Below, piece after piece: positions 1-11,520 of a DNA stretch of 64,000 nt. Positions within the stretch are counted from its first letter, which is position 1. Each line of letters opens with the position of its first letter. Location: assembly GCA_028023455.1 (NCBI GenBank), contig JAQFVV010000008.1, forward strand, positions 12,276,001 through 12,340,000. Direction: 5' to 3'. The notes beneath the pieces are model-generated. The model was not told the DNA's origin. It searched no databases and saw nothing but the letters and a program-made list of their open reading frames with translations. Origin of the DNA: Epiperipatus broadwayi (Eukaryota; Animalia; Onychophora). The translations under genes and the position numbers were made by a program.

Positions 1-1147
1 AGTCGTCATTATTTGTAATAATTACTGGCCATTATTTTTCATTTTTCTAATAATTGATTTTTCTATATTATTGATACTTTTTTTACTCAAACCATAGAGA
101 AATGCCATAAGTTTCTATAATCATGAACCAAAAGTTAAACTGTTGTCAAAAAAGCATGTCACTTTTTATTTTATGACTCATAGAGTAAAGATGAAAGCTA
201 TTAAAGAAAAGCCTTGCTTTACAGTCTCTAATAATAAACAGTTTAATAATCAAGAAATGCAAAAACTCTCTACAATTATATTCAAAATTTGGAAAATACT
301 GTATACATATACACAATTTTCAAAGATATGTGGAAGAATTTGTCTTCAAGGTCAATGCAGAAAAAAATATTTAATTGCAAGAAACTTATAGTGAAAAGCC
401 TTGGGAAATACTAGGCATTAGTGGAATTAGTATGACTAAATTAAAGTTTAAAGAAGCCTTTTTGTGACTTCAGGATTTTTATTCTTCAACATATTAAACC
501 AAACATACAGCGCAAACATCATATTTATAAACTTATTGCTCTTAAAGAAGTGTCAGGCATCAAAAATATGATTTTTATTATATTAGTATTATCGTATTAT
601 TTTTTTAATTTAATGGTAAGCTTTTGAATGAAAGTTTTTATTTCTATTTTCAGCTTATAAATAAATTAATTTATCACTTTGTTGTTATTACATCACAAAT
701 TGTGTAGAAAAATAAAAAATAATGACAATTAGTTCTTAGCAGTGATTAATGCATAAATTTGATCTGCTTTGTTTTTCATTCTAGTGAAGCTTGACAGTTT
801 TTTTAAGCAGATAACTCAGCGAATTATCTATTGATTAAACATGTTTTTTGGATGTTTTTATCTGGAGAATAAAGGGTCTTAGGGTAATCTGGATTTGTCA
901 TATATTGTCTATATGATATAAATTTTCATCCTTCTAAGATATCTTACAATATAGACATTGTATGGTTTGTTTTTATTTTTGCTCACTTTTCTATAATATT
1001 ATAGCGGAATAATATTGTGAAAAACTTCGCTAGTAATTTGTTATGTTTAGCTAGATTTAGATTTATTGGTAAAATACCAGTCAAATTAATTTGATTTTTG
1101 AAATATAAAAATTTTGTAGTCTCTACATTTACTTATTTAATATTTAG

Positions 1148-1365
1148 ATTGGTCATCCAAAACCAGGTTTATCCTACAATGGAGGCTGTTACTCTGCTTA
1201 TTTGCCAGCTAATGCTGAAGGTCATAAAATTTTAGAACTACTTCGAAAAGCCTTTGAGCAAAAATTGATTTTTACAATTTCAAGAGCTATGTATTCTGGC
1301 GATCAGGAATATGTTACATGGAATGGTATTGATCATAAAACATCAATGACAGGAGGAAAATTGGT
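1148..1365 (+). CDS. Deltex/DTX3L-like E3 ubiquitin ligase, penultimate coding exon (Deltex C-terminal DTC domain)
   Basis: Acceptor tatttag|ATT at 1148 and donor GT|gtaag at 1366. The open frame reads IGHPKPGLSYNGGCYSAYLPANAEGHKILELLRKAFEQKLIFTISRAMYSGDQEYVTWNGIDHKTSMTGGKL, matching the DTC signature HPxPG..AYLP.N.EG..vL.LL..AF.Q.LIFT....V.WN.I.HKT. Upstream exons (RING) were not found in the window. Confidence 0.93.
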
Positions 1366-1498
1366 GTAAGAATTTTTAATTTTTTTTTGTAGTATATTTA
1401 AGAAATTATTTTATCAATATTAAAAATCATTGTAATGTATCTTACTCTTTGAAAACTACACACATTCTTTTTATAGATTGTGGCAAAAGTTTTCCAAG

Positions 1499-1965
1499 AT
1501 GACATTAAAAAGGCTTTGGGAATCAATGTGTGGAAATCTTCAAGAATGAAGAGAATCTCATGATCAAAACCAAGCAAATTGGGTTAATGAAAATGTGTAA
1601 AAAGTCTTATTTAATAAATATAAAAAAATTCCCACAGAAATGAAAAGCTGATACTTCAGTAATGTCTCGTTCATCCTTCTCAGGAGTTTTAACTATGAAA
1701 AAATTTGCTACAGTGTTTTTGACTTGTATAAAGAAGATATTATTGTTTTAGAAATGATTGTAACTGTTCTTAAACATAATACTAGCTCCAAGTAGGATAA
1801 AAGGGACTTCATCAAAATATCAACTACCAAGGAAAAATTTTCTAATTGTTATCAGATTCTTTTAAAAGACTTTGAATTAGAATCCATATAGTTCTGATTA
1901 TAATAAATTTCACCTGTTGTTAAGAATATCTATGCAATGTTCTCCAAAGCCTTTTTAAATGTCAT
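1499..1965. repeat. ~470 bp segment bounded by 21-22 bp inverted repeats (possible TIR element relic) in the Deltex intron
   Basis: atgacattaaaaaggctttgg (1499-1519) versus ccaaagcctttttaaatgtcat (1944-1965), near-perfect reverse complements. No clear TSD. Confidence 0.45.
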
Positions 1966-2214
1966 ATATATATATATTATGGTACATATATACATTGTAC
2001 ACATATGTATAATAATATTTGTAAATTATTTGTGTTTTTATCGGTGCATTTAAACTCTCAACTACATTACTTTCAGCAAAGGCAGGGATAAGTTTCTGTT
2101 CACTTTTAATACTTTGAGAAGAGATGTCTGATGATTGCATGATAATATACATTATAAGTTTTTTGTTTTTGATCAGTGCATCATTCACTGTTAGCTCAAT
2201 TTTACAATCAGCCA

Positions 2215-2335
2215 AGAAGTTAGACCAACCTCCCATACTATAGATGCATATGGAACATAGAGTGTGTTATATAACTTACTTGAAAAAGTGTGTGTTCCAT
2301 ATATATCTACAGTGTGGGAGGTTGATCTAACTTCT
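2215..2335. repeat. 121 bp fold-back hairpin (about 48 bp arms) in the Deltex intron
   Basis: agaagttagaccaacctcccatactatagatgcatatggaaca pairs with tgttccatatatatctacagtgtgggaggttgatctaacttct with a few mismatches or G-U pairs. Confidence 0.85.
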
Positions 2336-4035
2336 GGGGTGATGGGCAATTGTGATAGGATTGAGATAAAGGTGAATGATATACTAATAAACACAAAAAC
2401 TTATATGTATAGTAATATAAAACTGGTTTAGTATATTCACTGGGTATATATAATTAAATCCAAATAAAAAAAATTTACTGGTAATAATTTAAATTATTTT
2501 GTATATATAATATTCAGTATTGTCTGAATGCTTTTTCAACTTTTACAGTTATTATTAAAGACAATGATCATATAAAATAGTATATCAAATCTTAACACAG
2601 TTTTAAATCTGAAAAATGCAAATCAAAAGTGCCAGTGTTTGTTAATTTTAATGCTGATAGTAGCTTTAAGATCATTGCATTATTTGATTGCATAATGGGC
2701 CTAGCCTTGTTTACTTTGTTTTTGATATTATCTCTTTTTTCTCAAGTAATTTTGACTATATCAACTTCAAGCATATGATTTGTTTCAATCTTGTGGTTGA
2801 AGATTATTGGGTTATAATTACACTGTCTTAATTTTTTGTATCTGTGAATATGCAGTGCAACCCTGATGCCCAAACCAATTTTTGTTTCATTTATCTATTT
2901 AAAAAAATCAAAAGGATTCTGTTGATGGCTAGTGATCATAGTCTTATCAACAGCAAGGATATTATTATAAACTGAAAAAGTGTTCAAAAATGTGAAACAA
3001 GTAAAATATAATACTGGAAAATGATTTTCTGGTGATTGAAAGCATTCAATATCTTAATGAATACAAACCACAGATATTGCCCTGTACTGTTAATCTTAAG
3101 ATATGGCTAGAGTAAACTAATTCAGACATTAATTGTGAATAGTACTTTCCAAGAAAGAAAAACCTAAAATTGCAAAATCGTTATTAGAATTTTGACCATG
3201 TGAAATATGGACCAAGAAAATGTCAATGTGGTTAAATTGAATTAGTGAAGTTAGTTGAACTGAGCTCATGGATAACAAAGAAGAAATGGTATGATATTGA
3301 CTGTCAAGAAAGTTATTGCAAGAATAGTCATTAAATATAATAATTGTGAAGAATCAATTTAATTTTATAGACACCCATTCAATTTTACTTTAAAACAAGT
3401 ATGTGACACATCAAGTTAAGTAAGTGAAAGAGAATTTGAAGCATTTCTTAATTAGATTACAGGCAGGAATTGACAAAATTTGCTTACAGAATTTACTTCT
3501 AGTGATTGGTACTGCAATAATAAAGTTGAAAATAGGAAATGAAAGGAAATACCTTTGGACAATATGGATTTGCAAGCAAAAATAAAGTAGAAAATTGATT
3601 CACTTGTTGTGGATTTAGTTATTTTGTTTGTTTGGAGTCCACAAAAAAAAAATATTATTATTGTCCCCTGTCAATAATAGATTTTAGTATTAATCGTGAA
3701 AATATGATCAGGAGCAAATTATAAAACAGACACAAAATACTCGACTGTAAAGTCTGAATGAAGCTTAAAAAAGTACTACAAGAGTTTTCCTGTATTGTGT
3801 TTAGAAAAACAACAGAAATCAGTCTGAGAATTTGAATTTTACTGAAAGTAAAACGAATGAACTATAAATAGAAATAAAAACTAATTAAGTTTAAATAAGA
3901 TGAAACAGGCATAAAAGTCAAGTAAATGTCAGAATCCAAAAATTTAAATAAACAAAATCTTTTAAAGGAATTAAATATGAAATTTCAAAGATTAATTAAG
4001 ATAAGGAACAATATAATTACAAGGTATTGGAAATG

Positions 4036-4190
4036 AAACCAACACATGATCACTATCTCTTATACTAGCACATAATTGTTATTAAACAAGGCACTAGATA
4101 GGAATTTTATGCACAAGCCTTCTGGCATCCATTGATTACTCTGGTTGGCACAGGGTGGCACCACTGTATGGAGAGTTTTGCCTTGTTTAA
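4036..4190. mobile_element. HHR-family A fragment: inverted tail segment joined to a forward body segment
   Basis: 4036-4090 is the reverse complement of the tail at 44907-44969. 4090-4190 (ggcactagatagg...ctgtatggagagttttgccttgtttaa) matches 44815-44914. Confidence 0.85.
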
Positions 4191-4973
4191 ATGAAAACAA
4201 GTTTTAAAGGATTCATAAGATCAAAATGAAAATTAAGATTTTCACTCATGAATAAATTCACTGGAAAATGGTAGTGGACAGATTATAACTAATATAAAAA
4301 TTATCAAAGAATGGAGAGAATATTCAGGGGTGATGTAACCACAAAGTTATCAACCAAGATGAGGGCAGTTGACATAGAAGAATTCTTAGTCATAGAGGAC
4401 AAGATCAGAATAGAGGCATTGCATAAAAAAATTTGCAATAAAGTGAACAAAAATCATGAAAATGCTAATTGAGTTATTACTTTTAATTTCGGGGGAATTA
4501 TTCAATGGCCTATAGATTTAAAGAAATCAATTTGTATTTTTATGTCACTGTAAGCAATCTTAATAGTGTTTTATCATACAATTTCTTTTTTTTATACATG
4601 CCACAAAAATTATCCTGAAAATAATTTTTAAAACTTTATATTGAAAAAAAAACTGACATCAATTTTATATTAACTGTAAGCACTTGGTTTCTAGTAAGAA
4701 TAATCATTTGGTGCATTGGTGGTACCTAGGAGATTAGAGTCAACATAGTTACCTTTTCACATTCTTTTACATACATTTTTTTTTTTCAGATGTACAATTA
4801 TGGAATGTAAAGTACATAAATAGCTAACATCAACATGACTCTCAAAGCTTACCTTATTAATGAGCATTTCTTTTTTCTGCAGTTTAGCATCAATTGTAAG
4901 TTTGAGTTATCAATGGTTACCAAATAATAGTCCAATTTAATTTCCATTCCCAGACTGACTTCTGGATTCTGGG

Positions 4974-5014
4974 TTCTCATTGATAAAGACAAGATTCAGG
5001 AGCTAGTCTGGGGA
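4974..5014 (+). ncRNA. Degenerate hammerhead relic (family A)
   Basis: TTCTCA ttgataa agacaagattca ggag CTAG TC TGGGGA aligns with the 44760 HHR. Stem I, stem III and GUC are retained, but both core strands are mutated (CTGANGA->TTGATAA, GAAA->GGAG). Confidence 0.6.
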
Positions 5015-5228
5015 TATGGATTAAATTGTACTAGGATGTATTAACTCGAATTATTATCAAGTTTATACTGGATGACATTAGAGTTTAGAAAAGGAAATGT
5101 TCTTATTATATGGATAACTAATGGAAATAGATATAAAATAAATTTAGATATAACATAAATATATATAGTAATTTATAGTATTATACTTTTCAATAGTTGT
5201 ATTTTTAATTATTTTTATTTTATTTTAG

Positions 5229-5298
5229 TAATGGTTATCCAGATGTCGACTACTTGAGAAGAGTGAGGCAGCAATTGGCTGCTAAGGGAATAAAATAA
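5229..5298 (+). CDS. Deltex/DTX3L-like, terminal coding exon
   Basis: Acceptor ttattttag|T. The phase-2 junction with the previous exon gives GTT (V), then NGYPDVDYLRRVRQQLAAKGIK* (TAA 5296-5298), matching the Deltex C-terminus GYPD..YL.RV..EL.AKGI. Confidence 0.93.
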
Positions 5299-5309
5299 TT
5301 ATTTTTAAT

Positions 5310-5315
5310 AATAAA
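5310..5315 (+). promoter_or_regulatory. Candidate polyadenylation signal of the Deltex-like gene
   Basis: AATAAA 12 nt after the stop codon. The hexamer is common in AT-rich DNA, so support is weak. Confidence 0.3.
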
Positions 5316-5596
5316 CTTTTGTAAAGAAGTTTTGTAAAGAATTTTTAATACGAATTGTGTAAATAATAATTACCAGTTCATAAAATGATCTTGTTTTTCA
5401 AATCCACCAGTAAATTTTTTAAACTTTTTAATTTTTTTTTTGAAATACAATTCTAGCAGGAGGAGCGGTGGGGGGCTGGGGGATTCTTTTTAAAAAACAT
5501 TGCATACAATTTAATAAAACCTCAGTTGGTTGTAGTTGATAAGTTGGATCGATAGAAGTTTAGAGTGGGGACTTTCACATTTATATAGTACATATA

Positions 5597-5698
5597 AATG
5601 ACAGATATAAGTCACATGATCCATTGATTACTCTGGATTGCACTGAGAGACATTACTGTATGGAGAGTTTTGCCTATTTTAATAACAGATATAAGTCA
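5597..5698 (+). mobile_element. 66 bp family A fragment flanked by an 18 bp target-site-like duplication
   Basis: aatgacagatataagtca (5597-5614) and aataacagatataagtca (5681-5698) flank atccattgattactctggattgcac...ctgtatggagagttttgcc, which is homologous to 44850-44905. Confidence 0.75.
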
Positions 5699-8600
5699 TT
5701 TAATGTATTTCTTATTCATTTAAGTGGACTGATTGTCTGTCAATTGTAATTATAAACTTGTGATGCAAAAAAACATATGTTTTGTATGAATATCATTTTT
5801 ATTGTTTAACAAAATTAGATGATTTCAACTTATCATTTATCTGGCTTTTTGTAAAGAAATTTTTGTATAGAACTTTTGAACATTTTTTTTTTCTTGCATA
5901 TGTAATTAAATAAAAATGAAAGAATATTTTTAATATTTGTAAAAGCAAATAAAACAGCATTTTAAAAACAATATTAAAGGATGTGTTAATTTATAGATCA
6001 GAAATAAAGATGAAAAATTTATAAATAATTAGCAGTATTTATACATAAAATTTATATTCTATTCTACATACTAGAATTTTTTACATGTAAAAATGTGTGC
6101 TTTTATATAGTGGAGCTGGTTTGAATAGAATATTATAAAAGCAGGCAGTATACTAATTTTTTGTTGATGTTATTATTGAATTAAATTTTATATTAGTAAA
6201 AAAATTGTCATTATTGATTTAAGCTTGCGAGTTGAAATAATTTTTGATGTAATTATCTAACATAGAGCCAAATCATATATATATGTTTATGATCAGCAGA
6301 TAAACTGAGATAACTAACCAATAGGTATTATATCAAAGTGATAGGGATTTGATCATCATTGTTGGTTATTTGTCATTTCTTGCCAAACACAATGAGCTCT
6401 TTATATCCTTAAGAGATATCATGTGATGTCATAACCTCATGAAAAGAAAAAAGTCTTAAGTTAATTTTAAAAATCCGGTGATTGAATTTAAACCATCAAT
6501 GACAAGAAAGTCAAATCATTTTATAAAATAGGTTTACAAGAACAAGCTATATCTATACTACTCTAGTTTGCTATTGCTAAATAGTAGGTTTGTTTAAAAA
6601 AAAATTACCAATATCTAAATTAGTTCTCGCTTGTGGCCTTTATCAGTGTTTACTGACTACTCAAACTTAATAATAGGTGATTGAATTAGAGTAATATAAA
6701 TAAAGTTTACCCCTGAAAGATTTGCGTAAGCTAAGGTCATATGATTTAAAATGTTTATTTGGTTTTAAATAGGAGTTTTTCAAAGAAATAAATTTTAAAA
6801 AATATTTTTAGATTTATAAAAATTCAATAATAACCTAAAAAGCCTAAATAATGTTTTTCACAGATCTTGTAAGTAAAAAATGAATAATTTAGGCTGTTAT
6901 TAATAGTGAACAATGATATAATGTATACACCTTCAAATTTGAAATTGCTCAAAAAGGACCATTTTGATATTGATCTTTGTATCTATCAACCACTTCATAT
7001 TAGTTACCTCAAAGTAATTTTAAAATAATAACTTCCAATAAAAGAAAATTGCTTGCCATAACCTGACATACTCCACAGTATTTTTCTAAAAAGAAAATGA
7101 TTAAAATGGAGGTTAAACTATAGTTTAGCCCTGTTATATTGTAGTAAGTTGAAAGCTAGCAAAGAATGTGTGAGAATCCATCTACTAAATATTGTTTTAT
7201 TTTATATCGTTTTTCTATGGCAATAATGATATTTTAGGAAGCAGCCTCATTTTTTTTTTAAAGATTATATCAAAGCTTCAGAACGCTACCCATAAATTTT
7301 TCATAGAAGAAATTAATTTAGAGACAGTGTATAGTAAAGAGAAAGATCTCCCAATTTTAATCTATTTAATTTATATTAACAGTTCAATTGGTAAAGTAAT
7401 AGTTTAAAAAATATAAAATAAACTGGTGTTCAAGAGAAGGATATAAGAAATATAAACTTTGACAAGGATTTACTTATTGCTAAAGGGTATAAAAAAGTAA
7501 TTTGACTTTTGGTTTAGAAATTAAGCACTTTAAAATAGTAACAATTATTTATCTTTTTTTTTTTCAGTAATCATTCAAAAACTAAACCAAGAGATAGTTT
7601 AAGTTTAAAAACATCCTACTAAAAATGAACAGCATTATATCCTAATGTCAGTAGAAATTAACCAAAGCAAAAATAGCTTTTGTAATTTTGCATCTAAATA
7701 TTTTACAAATATGAAAGATTCCTCTCCCTCCAAATTAGTAAGTATCTGGGAATTATGTGATAATAAAATGCAATAAATGGAAGAAAAAAAGATTCAGAAT
7801 ATTCAGTAAACCTTTCTGTATATTATATGTTGCAGACTCAACCAGTTACCTTCTGCTTATTAATCTCTGAGACAACAGCTCAGAATTGAATACAATTATT
7901 TTTTTAATAAATAAAAAGTACACAATATTAGTAAGGTTGAACTATAAAACACCATTCATTTAAAGTTAAAGCTAATGATTTATAAAATATTTATTATCAC
8001 ATATATCACTTTAGGGAAGGAGATAGCTTAGATTAGGTTACAGAATTGACTAGGTGTATAACATAGGTTTAAAAAAAAAACTTAATTAAACAAGTTTGTT
8101 TTAAAATTAGATTATTCATATTTCAAAAATTTTTAACAAAAAATTAAAATATTTCATTTGTAGATTATCTGCTCAATAAGCAAAATTACTCTCTGATATG
8201 TGTTACAATTTAAATTTTTTAATATTAAAAAATGCTTTGATGATTAAACAATAGCATTAAAGAAAATATTACTTGTATAATATGATATTAATAATGATAT
8301 AAGGGATGCTAAACAGTTAAAGAAAACTTTAATTATATCTGTTGATATAGACTCTCTTTAGTTTAATTATTAAAGTAAATATTAACTTTAAAAATAAGTC
8401 AAGTGTTGATGGTCTTTGTGAAGATAACCTTATATAATAATGGTTTATTGACTGAAACAAAATGAAAAGTAAAAAAAAAAATTTGACAAAAGTGATAAAA
8501 TATGGAAAACTCAGATCATTAATCTGCCAAAGATCAGGTCTGTTCAATAGAGCACAAACATTAAAAAGAAACATATCACTGTAAATGGGTTGGAGGGTGT

Positions 8601-10964
8601 GTGTGTGAAAATTGCAACAGAACTAAAAAATAAATACAATACAAAAAATTTATATTAAGGATCAGTACTGAAAACATAAGCAATAAAAGAAGAGATACCT
8701 AAAAGTGAATGAAAGTGTATAATTATGGTGCTAAAGTTTAAAGCTTTGTGACTTGCATAACAGCTTACTATCTTATGACCTGGGATTTGAATCAAGAGAA
8801 AACTTGGAAATTTCTCCAACTATTAAGCATTTGTAAGCAAATCTTTTTTTTTTTTTTTTTTGGATATCTAGCCCATCTTGCCATTTTAAATTAATTTGTC
8901 AATGTCTTGGATTAACCTGAGTTATTATATCAAGTCAATGCGCTGACTGAAATAAAAATATGATTGTAATGCAGTCAGTTATGTTAGATATATCATACTT
9001 GTACAAATGCTAAGAATATGTTTTTTTTCTAGCTTTTAAGACCTAATAATAAAGATGGGTATCCAGAGCCAATAGTGAACTAAAAAGTAGAAACCTACTA
9101 TTTAAACTTGTTTAATGATCACTTAGTGAAAAGAAAAATAGTTTTAAATTAAGAGAAAGATAATAATAAACATGATAAAATCTGATATTTTGAGATAGAT
9201 TAGTGATAAGAGAGGGGAATGAGAAATTAAATAAATAGAATACTGTCTAAAAATAATATTATGTTGAAAAAAAAAAAAAGAATAGACTGATAAACATACA
9301 TTAAAATACTGTTTAATACACTCTCACCATATTAAAATCTTCATTAACAAATAATAAAGTAGAATAATGTAAAGTTATTGACTAATATATGTGAGTCTAA
9401 GAAACAAAATTTTGAGAAAAGATGATGTTGCATTTTTTCATATATTTATCTTAATGATGTAAAACTCATTAAAATTTAGATGTCCTTTTAGTACTGAGAT
9501 GTTAGAAGAAATTGTGTTAAGAGGGAGGTAAGCAATGATAAACTGTTACCAGTAATGATCAAGAATATTGATTTTAATATTGTATTTCTTATTTACTTAA
9601 TATGCATTCACTAATTATTTGTTAATGAAGATTTTAAATATAAGCTGGGGGCAGGGATGTATCAAATAGTGTTTTGGTATATAATTATTAATCATTTGAA
9701 TGCATATTAAGTAAATAAGGAATACAGTATTAAAAGCACACATTCTAGAAAACATTTTTGGTAGTAGTTTATTATTATTTGTCACCCTCTTAATACAATT
9801 TCTTCTAGCAATTTGGTATTAAAGGGAGGTCTACACTTTAATTAGTTTTACATCGTTAAGATATGTATAATTTCTTTCCTCAAAATTTTGCTTATTGGAG
9901 ATTCATTTAATCATACCATAAAGATTTGCATTAAAGAAAATATGACTTGTAATGTGATAGTGTAAATGATCAGTAGATTAAAATGACTTCATAAAAGTAG
10001 AGTATGTGATGTTGATATTTTGGAATGCAAAACAACTTGATTTATTAACTACAGATTAATTGACTATCAACTTTGGGTAATTATATGAATGAGATTCTGA
10101 CTTTAATTAAGTATAAACAATCGAATGATTAGTCATCCAGGATGCAATGACATTCAAATTCCAGAAGTAACAAATTAAGCTTCATTGCTGATCTTTTAGC
10201 TCTCAAATCATTATTGCTTTAAACCATTTCAACCCAGTTGGTAGTTGAGGGCTTTTTTGCAAGATGATTATATAACACATTAAATTTTTGCTATTCTATA
10301 TAGATATTAGTATAACAAATAAAAAAAGATAATAGAGTTGATTTATTATTTGTTAAAGTACTTAATTATTTACACTTCACATCTTTCATATTTAACTCTT
10401 AAGATATCTTAAAAAAACATCTAATGTTTCAAAAATAACTTATCATTAAATTATTAATTATAAAATATAAAGACCTTACCCATTAAATAAATATATAGAT
10501 ATTTTAATTATATTTAAAAATATTTGTCTAATATGTGAAAAATAATTCTTTAACAAAAATTGAAGTTTGCTGAAATACAATTAATATACAGGCAGAAACT
10601 GCTCCAGGATTATGGCTACCCATGTGCAAAATAAATTATCCTGCCCCTTAAGAATATATAGTATATATTTTAATTATTATAGTAAAACAAAATATCCTAT
10701 TCTATACAAAATATGAAAATACCTACAAACTTACCTATGATGTATTTCTTTCATATTTACTATTTTATTATTAAATAGTTGTTTTTGTTTTGTTTTGACA
10801 TTAGTGAATTACATTTCAAGCTTAAACATTATTAAGACTGTCTTAATAAATACGGTTAGGAATTAAAAAAACTAAAAAAAATGTCTGACAATTTGTCATA
10901 TAAATTTTATTAAATAAAGATCAAAAATTTATATCCAATGAATATTTGTTTAACAAATATTTAT

Positions 10965-11520
10965 TTAAAATTTATTTTTTCTTGTTTTTACATATGCAAA
11001 TTTCTTTATGAGTTTATCTAAATCCAGTGAATCACTTAATTGATGTTCAATTGAAATCATTGCTAATGCTGACAGTTTTTTTTTTTTTTTTGCAACATAT
11101 TTGACTGCAAATAATTTTTAATTTTGAAAATGAATATTCACCACTTGCTATTGATACTGTACTTTTTTCCCATTATTTAATAGACAATAATATGATTGAG
11201 AAAATCTACTGTTCATCTTGTGGAAAATCAAGGTTGATTATTTGTTGCAGATAATTTTCAGTAAAACATTGAATATTGTTAATATGCAATTTTTTTTGAT
11301 CTTATCAGTATCATTTGACAATAAAAATTGTATTTGACTGTTTTAAGACTCTTTTGCTTCAGAAATGTGTTACTCAGTATCCCAAGCAATCTTCACTTTG
11401 TTTTTACTGATATGTTGAAAGAATAGACTCATCAATATTAATAAATTCAGTTGCATTATCACTTGATTCTTTAACATTATTGTCGATATTTTTTTTATCA
11501 ATTATGAAGAATTTATTTAA
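10965..11520 (-). mobile_element. Degenerate hAT transposase C-terminal dimerisation domain (ZMYM1/Tip100-like)
   Basis: The minus strand reads, with frameshifts, SIASGEYSFSKLKII...LSALAMISIEHQLSDSLDLDKLIKKFAYVKTRKNKF*, matching the hATC motif ASxERSFSKLK.IK..LRS.M...RL..LA.ISIE...FA..K.RK. Confidence 0.75.

Noticed and set aside
143-391. 82-aa ORF and most other short ORFs in the supplied track
   Set aside because: Composition (I/L/F/Y/K-rich) is as expected from AT-rich non-coding DNA, with no domain motifs or splice support.
6623-6660. tcgcttgtggcctttatcagt resembling the U2 snRNA 5' end
   Set aside because: The match is short and discontinuous, lacking the branch-point helix (GTGTAGTA) and Sm site.
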